Source: Anthoceros angustus
Taxonomy: Eukaryota; Plantae; Anthocerotophyta
Length of the DNA stretch: 53,348 nt
Assembly: GCA_010909165.1 (NCBI GenBank)
Contig: MU008238.1
Coordinates: forward strand, 1 to 53,348
Reading direction: 5' to 3'
The notes under the pieces were generated by a model. It ran no database searches, was not told the origin of the DNA, and worked only from the letters and a program-made list of their open reading frames with translations. Numbering within the stretch: the first letter of the stretch is position 1; each line of letters begins with the position of its first letter. Below are positions 1-12,544 of the stretch, piece by piece. The translations under genes were made by a program, and so were the position numbers.

Positions 1-1720
1 GCATTTTAAAAGTTCAAGTTATTCATTGCTGCTTTTATTACGAATGGCATCCAGAATGAGAGCAACGCGATGAAATGGTCGACATCCAAGAAGGTAATGA
101 TCATTTCGCCACACGTAAATCCATTTTCCGTTGACTCATGGTAAATGACTGCTTTCCGTAAAGTGACGACAATAGTAAAGACCCAACAAACCTTAACGCG
201 ATCAAACAACAATGTTCCCACCCATGGGGATCCGTGGATATGATGACAGTGAAGTTCAAATCCTCTCATTGAGATACGAAAGATAGTTGAGAAAGGTAAT
301 ACATTTCAATAAACTAAATTGAATCCCCGTGAACATTTCTAACTCGATATCTTTGATACAAGACTACTGAGCACACTATGTTCACATCAATGGACAAAAG
401 GACTTGCAGCCCTTTGCCAGTGCCCGCCTAACTGGAAAAAATTAAAAGGTAAAGACTTGGTTCTCGCAACTTTCGTAGGATCGCATAACGATCAGATCTC
501 AAACTCACTTTAGTTGTATATGGTTACAGGATATTAAGAAGAATCTCTCAACAACAGCTCAATTAGAGTTGGAAACAATGACTGGGTCCGAGGTTTAATG
601 GACAATGATCTCAATTCGATTTTGGAGGTAATCAACTAACACTAGGTCTCATGTGTATTTATTTACAGTAATAAATACTAATTTCCTTGTTTACTGATAG
701 TGTCAACAAGTTGCTTTAAGGAAATTAAGGAGAAAATTGAAGCAATGGATTATTAAAAATCAACAACACTACCATCTTTCATCGTAATTGTCATGTATGT
801 TTGTAAATAATAATTAGTTTATTTGTAAGTATATAATGATAACATCGTTTTTTCAAAGGACAAAAGAGGAAAAAGAAGTCAAGATAATGCACCAACGTAT
901 GGACCATCGAAAGAATTTGCCGATTTTGGAAAATGGATGGATAACTTTCAGTATCCACAAGTCTTCCAAGATTTTAAAAGTAGATATGTTCCCATTTGGG
1001 AACATAGCCTCAAAGATCCACCGCAGCCGATCTGCAATGAAGATGGGTCGACAGCAACCCTAGAACAGTACATGGAGATCCAAAAAAGTAAGTGTTATCG
1101 GTTTATATTATTCTTAGTATAGTTTACTGAATCAGTTTATGTAGTACTAATGAAATTTGAGTTTTGGTAATGCGTAAATATGCCAGCCATTGAAAATAAG
1201 GAGTCGAAACCACAGACTTGTTGACTCGATGGAAGATCCAGAAACTACAAAAACATTCAAAAGGTAAGTTCGTAATAATTTATTTATGTAAACAAGGAAA
1301 ATTGATATTCGTATTTTCAAATATGTAAATTTTAACGTTGATACCTCTTGCGTAACGTCCAATCACATTTCCGTAGTGGGAAATCTTCACAGCCATTGCC
1401 TCACATTAGTGAGAAAGGTATTTACCGAGCAAGATCTTCTTCGACTTGAGATGGAGGTAAAATATTAACCGATTTTTGTTTGTAGTTATCAAGAATCAAA
1501 AGGAGTTGTTTGCACTATTTGAGGTTAGTACATCATATTTCTGATGGTGAAATTGAATATGTACGATACCTAACATTTACCATTGCCCGTAAATATTCCT
1601 GCTTTTAAATTTTGAAATGATTAACTTTCTTCGGACCGTATAATGAACAAAGAAAGAAGTATTATTCTCAAGACAGCAGATCCGAAATCGCCGGTATACC
1701 CCTTCAACGCCAGAAGAAGT
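1..1720. other. AT-rich segment with short GT-AG intron-like gaps and unidentified + strand coding fragments
   Basis: Visibly more AT-rich than the rest of the window. Donor-like sites (gtaagt ~1086 and ~1264, gtaaaa ~1458) flank peptide-like pieces such as FADFGKWMDNFQYPQVFQDFKSRYVPIWEH and HCLTLVRKVFTEQDLLRLEME. No family recognised with confidence. Confidence 0.25.
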
Positions 1721-1997
1721 TAGAAAGGATAAATCAAAACCGAAAGAAACAAACAAAGCGTGAAAGTGAAAACTCGGCGAAGTGAAACGAAAGAGAGAGA
1801 AAAAAGACTTTTAAAGTGGTTGCACAAGGCATTTAAAGATGCAAGAGACTCCCGCCACCGCCCCAGTCGAGTGAGGCGCGGCTCGCCCCGCACTCGCCGC
1901 CCCTTACGCCTGTAACGAACGCCGGGCGACGCCCAGAACTCGCCTAACGGCCTCGACTGCTTCGCCGACGCCTCGAGTCTGCTCCCTAACACATAAT

Positions 1998-2876
1998 CTA
2001 AGGCACCCCAGCTCTTCCAAACAAAAATTCCCACTTTGCAAAAACCATGCCGAATAACGATGCATGCGGACGCAAACGTAAGTGCTTTTGAGCACTCACC
2101 GCCACATTACATGCCGCAATGCTCTTGAGCGAGCATTCCTCCCGAGATCTCTGCACTATGTATATAACTCCGCGGTGACCGATCGGGGAGCTGATATCGA
2201 ATTTTTGTTTTCCGAGGGCACTCATGAAAGACATCGACTTTCCTTGCGATTTCGAGGAACAAAAAAGGTCGCAAAATCCTTGGGCCGGATAGCTTTGACG
2301 CCAAGACGGCGGATTTCCTGTGCTGGTCATGCACGGCCCTCATTTCTAGGAGGTCCACCAACTTCCCAACAACCCCGTCAAGGCTATAGCCATGTACCCA
2401 AAGCCTCGAGATTTCTTGCATTGACCGAGGAGTCCTTTCTTCTTTACAAGCCACGACATAGCAGAGCCACATACGCCTCTTCACAACTCCCTTTTCTCAA
2501 GACCCTCGCCTTCTTGTAAGGAACTTGCCAATACCGTGTTGTGCACAATTCTCATTCTTTCGCGAGCTCGAAATCCTATCAAAGGCGTATATCAGTCGTT
2601 GCCATGAGTGGGAACCCGCATCGTGTTCCGCAGGATGCAACCCATTTTCCTTTGCTCAGAGTGGATGCAAGTGGTTAGGCCAGCATGGTCGAGCAAGTCA
2701 TCCGTGTAATGAGGACGCCCCACACGCCCTTCTCCTCGTGCTCGTGTCATTATCGAACTTCCTATATTCCAAGGTTCTCCGACACGACGCTCTTCTAACA
2801 CTAGACCGCACTGCAAATGCGCTCTGCACTGCTGTCCTCATAAATCTGCCTTTATCTTGCACTCTAGACATTTCAC
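1998..2876 (-). CDS. TFIIB: TFIIB-like general transcription factor, copy 1 (frameshifts probably read errors)
   Basis: Consensus across copies gives a Zn ribbon (CLEC...ECGLVLEERRVGETLEYRKFDND; plant TFIIB [20 protein letters not shown]), RVG...DDLLDHAGLTTCI, cyclin repeat 1 (AAAMYVACKEERTPRSMQEI; plant AACLYIACRQEDKPRT) and C-terminus SLKSIADACNVAVSTLKSTYRILRPHASVIVPAWFCK (plant ...LYPHLSKIIPAWYAK). Start codon not resolved. Confidence 0.85.
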
Positions 2877-3072
2877 TCCATATTCTACCGTCCCCGAGAT
2901 AATTAAAAAGTGGAATGTGTAGCCTTGAAATCGTTAACCCACGAGGGCTTTGGACAATGAGTGACTACACAATGATTGTTTTTCAAACAAGAAAGGATTC
3001 CATGGACCTTGAACCTTGACACCTTACGAGGGGCTTGTCCAATGTTTATGAATATATGTAAGTCGATCCCTC

Positions 3073-3333
3073 ATTTATATACCCAAGTTTTCCTTGGCCC
3101 TTGGGAATCTTACGTGGAATTTTGCATCCGAAACCCCTAATTACTATGGGCCAAGGAACAATCATCCTTGGATTTCATATCCCTTTTTTCCCTTAAATTC
3201 GCCCCACTTCCTTCGAGGTTGATTCCGTCCTTGGACTTTGGCCTCACAAATTTTTCCACAAAGTTCTTCTTTCTCGAACGCCACAAGAGTCCGCTAGCCT
3301 ACTTGCGCCGGACGCCGGAGTCTCGCCCCATTG
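3073..3333 (-). promoter_or_regulatory. Candidate TATA (TATATAAAT, 3073-3081) and upstream CCAAT (~3330) of the TFIIB unit; present in each full unit
   Basis: Motifs seen ~200 and ~450 bp upstream of the coding region on the - strand; function inferred only. Confidence 0.3.
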
Positions 3334-4429
3334 GCGCACTCTTGACACCCGGCCAAGATGCACGGAGTCCGTCCCACCCGACGATCGAGCCTCCCACTCC
3401 CCAATGCGACGTTCTCCACGGTTTAGGGTTATCGGGCCTACCACTCCCGAGTGCCCTTTCGGCCCTCCCGTGAGACTTCTCACCGTGAGTGCACGATGGC
3501 ACCGTCGGCAATCCCGACTCAGAATCGGTGAAGCTTGAGAAACCGTTTTAATTTTTGAAAGTGTTTCGTAGAAAGGGCCTATGTAAATTAGCCTACTTGT
3601 ACCAAATATCAAAGGCTATCGCATAAGCTATGTTGAGCTTGAAATGACAACTTGCATGCAAGAGAAGGAAATCAAGTCAACCAAGAACAACCTTTAGACT
3701 AAACCACATCCTTGTAGAGGCGGTGAAAACCAAGCGTGGGATGAAAACAATCACTACTATTCAAGTTTTGAAAAGGGTGGAGACCCCATTAAAAGCGTTG
3801 AGCGCTTTTTAGAGGACTTAACTTTCTCCTCAAGGAGAAGCTCTTTTGCCCACCAAAATTTTCAAACCTCCTAGGAGCAAAGATTTGCATAGTACTAAAT
3901 TGCAATCAAGAATGTAGGTCGCTAGAATGAAGGTGAGATAGTCTAAAATCTTATGTGAAACGAGTCATGTCCATGCACACGATGTTTGATTTAACGAAGC
4001 AAAAATCTTGTCACTAAAGGACGTGGACGAAGGTCTTTTTCCAATCCATGAAGTCCATGCAAACCTTTAACTTTGCATGGTCGGAGTGTGCATGAGTGTT
4101 GGGAATGCGTATGCGACTGGAATGCGGCGCATGTATGGATGGGCGCTGGTCGGATGCATAGGATTCAAACATTGACGTTAATGGAGGAGTCTCGTCACGG
4201 CATTTATGTCGACTATGTGCGACGCGATACCCTCACATCATTCTTGGCACCCGGGACAAACATTTGACCCCTTGCTTCAAAGAAGCATAACAAATTTGGT
4301 CATATAATGCACATACTATTGATACATTTAATTTTACGTAGTGAGAAAAAGTCACCGACCATGTCGCATGCTAGTATGTGAGCCTCAAGCACACTGAGCT
4401 ATTTGATTGAAGGCAAGTTCACAGATAAT

Positions 4430-5321
4430 CTAAGGCTCAATTCCCGAGCTCTTCCAAACAAAAATTCCCACTTTGCAAAACCATGCCGCACTATAACGGA
4501 TGCATGCGGACGCCGGGTAAGTGCTCTTGAGCGTACTCACCGCCACATTACATGCGCCGCAATGCTCTTGAGCGAGCCGCACGTTCCCCGAGATCTGCTG
4601 CACTATGTATATAACTCCGGTGACCAATCGTGGGAGCTTTGATATCGAATTTTGTTTTCCGAGGGCACTCACAAAGACAGCCTCGCAGACTTTCCTTGAT
4701 TTCGAGCCCTGAACAAAAGCTGCAAAAATCCTTGGGCCGATATTTTGACGCCAAGACGGCGGATTTCCTCGTGCTCGTCATGCACCCTCATTTCTAGGAG
4801 GTCCACCAACTTCCCAACAACCCCCGGTCAAGGCTATAGTCAGTACCCAAAGCCTCGTAGATTTCTTGCATTGACCGAGGAGTCCTTTCTTCTTTACAAG
4901 CCACGACATAGCAGCAGCCACACACGCCTCTTCACAACTCCCTTTTCTCAAGACCTCGCCTTCTTGTACAAGGAACTTGACACCGCGTGTTGTGCACAAT
5001 TCTCATTCTTTCGCGAGCTCAAATCCTATCAAAGGCGTATATCAGTCATGAGTGGGAACCCGTGCATTCGTGTTCCGCAGTTGTGGATGCAACCCATTTT
5101 TCCTTTGCTCAGAGTGATGCAAGTGGTTAGGCCAGCATGGTCGAAAAGTCATCCGTACGTGGACGTCCCCACACGCCTCCTTCCTCGTGCTGTCATTATC
5201 GAACTTCCTATATTCCAAGGTTTCGCCGACACGACGCTCTTCTAACACTAGACCGCACTGCAAATGCCGCTCTGCCGCTGTCCTCATAAATTGCCTTTAT
5301 CTTGCACTCTAGACATTTCAC
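4430..5321 (-). CDS. TFIIB: TFIIB-like gene, copy 2
   Basis: ORF pieces QCGLVLEERRVGETLEYRKFDND, RKGSCEEACVAAAM and AWFCKVGIFVWKSSGIEP-stop at 4430. Confidence 0.85.
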
Positions 5322-6892
5322 TCCATATTCTCTACCGTCCCGAGATAATTAAAAAGTGGAATGTGTAGCCTTGAAATCGTTAACCCACGAGGGCTTTGGA
5401 CAATGAGTGACTAAGCACAATGATTGTTTTCAAACAAAGAAAGGATTCCATGGACCTTGAACCTTGACACCTTACGAGGGGCTTGTCCAATGTTTATGAA
5501 TATATGTAAGTCGATCCTCATTTATATCCAAGTTTTCCTTGGCCCTTGGGAATCTTACGTGAATTTTGCATCCCAAACCCCTAATTACCATGGGCCAAGG
5601 AACAATCATCCTTGATTTCGTCATCCCCTTTTTTCCCCAAATTCGCCCCACTTCCTTCGGAGGTTGATTCCGTCCTTGACTTTGGCCTCACAAATTTTTC
5701 CACAAAGTTCTTCTTTCTCGTAACGGACGCCAAGAGTCCGCTAGCTCACTTCGCGCGGAGTCCGCTGCCCTATTGGCGCACTCCGCACACCCAAGAAGGC
5801 CAAGATGCACGGAGTCCGCCTACCCGCACGATCGAGCCTCCCACTCCCCAATGCGACGCCTCTCGCCCACTGCTTAGGGTTATCGGGCCTACCACTCCCG
5901 AGGCGCCCTTTCTCGGCCCTCCCGTGAGACTTCTCACCGGTGAGTGCATCGATGGCCGTCGTGCAATCCCGACCTCAGAATCGGTGAAGCTTGAGAAACC
6001 GCTTTAATTTTTGAAAGTGTTTCGAGAAAGGGCCTATGTAAATTAGCCTACTTGTACTAAATATCAAAGGCTATCGCATCAAGCTATGTTGGAGCTTGAA
6101 ATGACAACTTGCATGCAAGAGAAGGAAAACTCAAGTCAACCAAGAACAACCTTTAGACTAAACCACATCCTTGTAGAGGCAGTGAAAACCAAGCGTGGAT
6201 GAAAACAATCACTACTATTCAAGTTTTGAAAAGGGTGGAGACCCCATTAAAAGCGTTTTGAGCGTTTTTAGAGGACTTAACTTTCTCAAGGAGAAGCTCT
6301 TTTGCCCACCAAAATTTTCAAACCTCCTAGGAGCAAAGATTTGCATAGTACTAAATTGCAATCAAGAATGTAGGTCGCTAGAATGAAGGTGGCGTATAGT
6401 CTAAAATCTTATGTGAAACGAGTCATGTCCATGCACACGATGTTTGATTTAACGTAAGCAAAAATCTTGTCACTAAAGGACGGACGACGGTCTTTTTCCA
6501 ATCCATGAAGTCCATCGGCAAACCTTTAACTTTGCATGGTCGGGAGTGTGCATGAGTGTAAGTGTTGGGAATGCGTGTTGACGATGCTGACCGTGGAATG
6601 CGATGCTGGATGTATGGATGGGCGATGCATAGGATTCAAACATTGATGTAATGGAGGGAGTCTCGGTCACAGCTATGTCGACTATGTGCGACGCGACATA
6701 CTCCTCACATCATTCTTGGCACCCGGGACAAACATTTGACCCCTTGCCAAGCAACAATTTGGCCATAATGCACACACACCTATTGATACATTTAATTTTA
6801 CGTAGTGAGAAAGTCACGACCATGTCGCATGCTAGTATGTGAGCTCAAGCACATGAGCTATTTGATTGAAGGCAAGTTCACAACAAGATAAT

Positions 6893-7784
6893 CTAAGGCT
6901 CAATTCTCGAGCTCTTCCAAACAAAATTCCCACTTTGCAAAACCATGCCGCATTTATAACGGATGCATGCGGACGCAAAATCTGGTAAGTGCTCTTGAGC
7001 GCATTTCACCGCCACATTACATGCGGCAATGCTCTTGAGCGAGCTGCACGGTTCCCTCGAGATCTTACCATGTATATAACTCGCTGACCGATCGTGGGGA
7101 GCTTGGATATCGAATTTTTGTTTTCCGAGGCACTCACTTGAAAGACAGCTCTGACTTTCCTTGCGATTTCGAGCGAACAAAAAAGGTCGCAAAATCCTTG
7201 GGCGGATAGCTTTGGACGCCGGCATGATTTCCCTCGCGGCTCGTCATGCACGGCCCTCATTTCTAGGAGGTCCACCAACTTCCCAACAACCCCTGGTCAA
7301 GGCTATGCAGTAGTACCAAAGCCTCGTAGATTTCTTGCATTGACCGAGGAGTCCTTTCTTCTTTACAAGCCACGTACATAGCAGACATACGCCTCTTCAC
7401 AACTCCTTTTCTCAAGACCCTCGCCTTCTTGTACAAGGAACTTGCCAATACTGTTGTGCACAATTCTCATTCTTTCTCGAGCTCAAATCCTATCAAAGGC
7501 GATATCAGTCGCTGGTCATGAGTGGGAACCCATTCGTGTTCCGCAGCGGTGGATGCAACCCATTTTCCTTTGCGTAGTGCGGATGCAAGTGGTTAGCCAG
7601 CATGGTCGAGCAAGTCATCCGTACGTAGGACGCCCCACACGCCTCCTTCCTCGTGCTTGTCATTATCGAACTTCCTATATTCCAAGGTTTCGCGACACGA
7701 CGCTCTTCTAACACTAGACCGCACTGCAATGCCGCCTGCACTGTCCTCATAAATCGCCTTTATCTTGCACTCTAGACATTTCAC
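6893..7784 (-). CDS. TFIIB: TFIIB-like gene, copy 3
   Basis: ORF pieces KCLECKIKAIYEDSAGG, ETLEYRKFDND, MYVACKEERTPRSMQEIYEAL and SLKSIAACNVAV. Confidence 0.85.
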
Positions 7785-9338
7785 TCCATATTCTCTGTCC
7801 CGAGATAATTAAAAAGTGGAATGTAGCCTTCAAATCGTTAACCCACGAGGGCTTTGGACAATGAGTGACTACACAATGATTGTTTTTCAAACAAAGAAAG
7901 GATTCCACAAAGGACCTTTGAACCTTGACACCTTACGAGGGCTTGTCCAATGTTTATGAATATATGTAAGTCGATCCCTCATTTATATACCCAAGTTTTC
8001 CTTGGCCCTTGGGAATCTTACGGAATTTTGCATCCCAACCCCTAATTACTATGGGCCAAGGAACAATCATCCTTGGATTTCGCTATCCCCTTTTTTTCCC
8101 CCTTAAATTCGCCCACTTCCTTCGAGGTTGATTCTAGTCCTTGGACTTTGGCCTCACAAATTTTTCCACAAAGTTCTTCTTTCTCGAGCCGGACGCCAAG
8201 AGTCCGCTTAGCCTACTGCGCCGGACGCCGGAGTCTCCGTCCTATTGGCGCACTCCCGACACCCGCAAGGCCAAGATGCATCGGAGTCCGGCCTACCAAG
8301 ACGATCGAGCCTCCCACTCCCCAATGCGACGTTCTCCCCACTTAGGGTTATCGGCCTACCACTCCCGAGGCGCCCTTTCTCTCCGTGAGACTTCTCACCG
8401 GTGAGTGCATCGATGGCACCGGTCGGCAATCCCGACCAGAATCGTGAAGCTTGAGAAACCGTTTTAATTTTTGAAAGTGTTTCGAGAAAGGGCCTATGTA
8501 AATTAGCCTACTTGTAAAATATCAAAGGCTATATCGCAAGCTATGTTGGAGCTTGAAATGACAACTTGTATGCGAGAAGGAAAACTCAAGTCAACCAAGA
8601 ACAACCTTTAGACTAAACCACATCCTTGTAGAGGCGTGAAAACCAAGCGTGGATGAAACAATCACTACTATTCAAGTTTTGAAAGGTGGAGACCCCATTA
8701 AAAGCGTTGAGCGTTTTTAGAGGACTTAACTTTCTCAAGGAGAAGCTCTTTGCCCACCAAAATTTTCAAACCTCCTAGGAGCAAAGATTTGCATAGTACT
8801 AAATTGCAATCAAGAATGTAGGTCGCTAGAATGAAGGTGGCGATAGTCTAAAATCTTATGTGAAACGAGTCATGTCCATGCACACGATGTTTGATTTAAC
8901 GTAAGCAAAATCTTGTCACTAAAGGACGGACGACGAAGGTCTTTTTCCAATCCATGAAGTCCATCCGGCAAACCTTTAACTTTGCATGGTCGGGAGTGTG
9001 AGTGTAAGTGTTGGGAATGCGTGTTGACGGCTGACCGTGGAATGCGGCGCCGATGTATGGATGGGCGGTCGGATGCATAGGATTCAAACATTGACAGCTT
9101 AATGGAGGGAGTCCGGTCACGCAGCCTATGTCGACTATGTGCGACGACATACTCCTCACATCATTCTTGGCACCCGGGACAAACATTTGACCCCTTGCTT
9201 AAAGCATAACAAATTTGGCCATAATGCATATGACACATTGAATTTTACGTAGTGAGAAAAGTCACGACCATGTCGCATGCTAGTATGTGAGCCTCACACA
9301 CCTGAGCTATTTGATTGAAGGCAAGTTCACAAGATAAT

Positions 9339-10173
9339 CTAAGGCTCAATTCCCGAGCTCTTCCAAACAAAAATTCCCACTTTGCAAAACCATGCCGACT
9401 ATAACGGATGCATGCGGACGAAAATCGGTAAGTGCTCTTGGCGTACTCACCGCCACATTACATGCGTCGGCAATGCTCTTGAGCGAGTGCACTGCCCCGA
9501 GATCCACACCATGTATATAACTGGACCGATCGTGGGAGCTTCTGATATCGAATTTTTGTTTTCCGAGGGCACTCACCTTGAAAGACAGACTTTCCTTGCA
9601 TTTCGAGCCTGAACAAACAAGGTCGCAAAATCCTTGGGGGGATAGTTGACGCCAAGACGGCGGATTTCCTGGTCATGCGCCCCTCATTTCTAGGAGGTCC
9701 ACCAACTTCCCAACAACCCCTGGTCAAGGCTATAGCTGAGTACCCAAAGCCTCGTAGATTGCATTGACCGAGGAGTCCTTTCTTCTTTACAAGCCACTAC
9801 ATAGCAGCCACATCTTCACAACTCCCTTTCTCAAGACCTCGCCTTCTTGTACAAGGAACTTGCCAGCACAATTCTCATTCTTCGAGCTCAAATCCTATCA
9901 AAGGCGTACATCGTCTGTCATGAGTGGGAACCCGTGCATTCGTGTTCCGCAGGTGGATGCAACCCATTTTCCTTTGCGCTCAGTGCGGAAAAAGCATGGT
10001 CGAGCAAGTCATCCGGCACGACGCCCCACACGCCCTTCTCCTCGTGCGTCATCGAACTTCCTATATTCCAAGGTTTCACTGATACGCTCTTCTAACACTA
10101 GACCGCACTCGCCAAATGCTCGCCTGCACTGTCCTCATAAATCTGCCTTTATCTTGCACTCTAGACATTTCAC
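9339..10173 (-). CDS. TFIIB: TFIIB-like gene, copy 4
   Basis: ORF piece SLKSIADACNVAVST...RPHASVIV; remainder aligns with the other copies. Confidence 0.8.
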
Positions 10174-11741
10174 TCCATATTCTCTGTCTGAGATAATTAA
10201 AAAGTGGAATGTGTAGCCTTCAAATCGTTAACCCACTTTGGACAATGAGTGACTAAGCACAATGATTGTTTTTCAAACAAGAAAGGATTCCATGTGACCT
10301 TGAACCTTGACACCTTACGAGGGCTTGTCCAATGTTTATGAATATATGTAAGTCGCATCCCTCATTTATATACCCAAGTTTTCCTTGGCCTTGGGAATCT
10401 TACGTGAATTTTGCATCCCGAAACCCCTAATTACTATGGGCCAAGGAACAATCATCCTTGGATTTCGCCATCCCTTTTTTTCCCCTTAAATTCGCCCCAC
10501 TTCCTTCGAGGTTGATTCCGCCCTTGGACTTTGGCCTCACAAATTTTTCCACAAAGTTCTTCTTTCGTAACGCCGGACGCCAAGAGTCCGCTAGCCTATG
10601 CGCCGGACGGAGTCCGTCTATCCCACTCCCCAGACACCCGCAAGGCAAGATGCACGGAGTCCGTCGGCCTCCCGACGATCGAGCCTCCCACTCCCCAATG
10701 CGACGTCTCGCCCACGGTTTAGGGTTATCGGGCCTACCACTCCCGAGTGCGCCCTTTCGGCCCTCCCGTGAGACTTCTCACCTGAGTGCATCGATGGCAC
10801 TGCCGTGCAATCCCGACCTCAGAATCGTGAAGCTTGAGAAACCGCTTTTAATTTTGAAAGTGTTTCAGAGAAAGGGCCTATGTAAATTAGCCTACTTGTA
10901 CCAAATATCAAAGGTTATCGCTCAAGCTATGTTGGAGCTTGAAATGACAACTTGCATGCAGAGAAGGAAAATCAAGTCAACCAAGAACAACCTTTAGACT
11001 AAACCACATCCTTGTAGAGGGTGAAAACCAAGCGTGGGATGAAAACAATCACTACTATTCAAGTTTTGAAAAGGGTGGAGACCCCATTAAAAGCGTTGAG
11101 CGTTTTTAGAGGACTTAACTTTCTCAAGGAGAAGCTCTTTTGCCCACCAAAATTTTCAAACCTCCTAGGAGCAAAGATTTGCATAGTACTAAATTGCAAT
11201 CAAGAATGTAGGTCGCTAGAATGAAGGTGGCGATAGTCTAAAATCTTATGTGAAACGAGTCATGTCCATGCACACGATGTTTGATTTAACGTAAGCAAAA
11301 ATCTTGTCACTAAAGGACGTGGACGACGGTCTTTTTCCAATCCATGAAGTCCATCGGGCAAACCTTTAACTTGCATGGTCGGGAGTGTGCATGAGTGTAA
11401 GTGTTGGGAATGCGTGTTGACGATGCCGACCGTGGAATGCGATGCGGATGTATGGATGGGCGCGGTCGGATGCATAGGATTCAAACATTGAGCTAATGGA
11501 GGGAGTCTCGGTCACGGCAGCTATGTCGACTATGTGCGACGCGACATACTCCTCACATCATTCTTGGCACCCGGGACAAACATTTGACCCCTTGCTTCAA
11601 AGCAAGCATAACAAATTTGTCATAATGCACACGTCTATTGATACAATTTTACGAGTGAGAAAAAGTCACCACCATGTCATGCTAGTATGTGAGCTGAAGC
11701 ACACATGAGCTATTTGATTGAAGGCAAGTTCACAAGATAAT

Positions 11742-12544
11742 CTAAGGCTCAATTCGAGCTCTTCCAAACAAAAATTCTACTTTGCAAAACCATGCCGGTA
11801 CTATAACGGATGCATGCGGACGCAACCGGTAAGTGCTCTTGAGTACTCACCGCCACATTACATGCGCCGGCAATGCTCTGAGCGAGCCGCACGTTCCCTC
11901 GAGATCTTACGACCATGTATATAACTCCCAGGACCGATGTGGGGAGCTTGGATATCGAATTTTTGTTTTCCGAGGGCACTCACGCTTGAAAGACTCGACT
12001 TTCCTTGCGCATTTCGAGCCCCGGAACAAAACAAAGGTCTTGCAAAATCCTTGGGCGGATAGCTTTGACGCCAAGACGGCGGATTTCCTGGCTGCTCGTC
12101 ATGCACGGCCCTCATTTCTAGGAGGTCCACCAACTTCCCAACAACCCCCGGTCAAGGCTATAGTCAGTACCCAAAGCCTCAGATTTCTTGCATTGACCGA
12201 GGAGTCCTTTCTTTACAAGCCACGTACATAGCAGCAGCCACATACGCCTCTTCACAACTCCCTTTTCTCAAGACCTCGCCTTCTTGTACAAGGAACTTGC
12301 CAATACCGCGTGTTGTGCACAATTCTCATTCTTCTGTGAGCTCGAAATCCTATCAAAGGCGGATATGTCGTGCCGTCATGAGTGGGAACCCGTGCATTCG
12401 TTCGCGGTGTGGATGCAACCCATTTTCCTTTTGCGCTGTAGTGCGGATGCAAGTGGTTAAACTCATGGTCGAGCTCGCCGTATGCGTGGGGCGTCCCGCT
12501 CCTTCTCTCGGCTCTGTCATTATCGAACTTCATATTTTCCAAGG
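11742..12544 (-). pseudogene. TFIIB: TFIIB-like gene, copy 5, Zn-ribbon end removed at the LTR junction
   Basis: Same unit, but it ends in the ETLEYRKF-coding region immediately before tgtggaatggg at 12545. Confidence 0.75.

Larger units (their letters stand above)
1993..12544. repeat. Head-to-tail tandem array, unit ~2.40-2.46 kb, 4 full units plus a truncated fifth
   Basis: Marker ataatctaaggc recurs at ~1993, 4425, 6888, 9334 and 11737, and whole units align. The fifth unit stops where an LTR begins at 12545. Confidence 0.95.

Noticed and set aside
1720-1992. Segment ending ctccctaaca, which could be an LTR terminus (TGTTAG on the - strand)
   Set aside because: No partner repeat, PBS or PPT in the window.
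2985-3075. Possible first coding exon (MRDRLTYIHKHWTSP) spliced by a phase-2 intron to the TFIIB Zn ribbon
   Set aside because: The phases fit, but the ATG directly follows the TATA-like motif and the sequence is error-prone; it cannot be supported without transcripts.
2082-12231. Recurrent + strand ORFs in the array (MLLSTHRHITC..., MDFAIPFF..., ...FRGLNFLKEKLFCPPKF...)
   Set aside because: They are antisense shadows of TFIIB or short spacer frames, recur only because the unit repeats, and have no recognisable motifs.
1993-12544. Viral (NCLDV) origin of the TFIIB array
   Set aside because: The motifs match plant TFIIB (ECGLVLE, PAW C-terminus) and no other viral genes are present.
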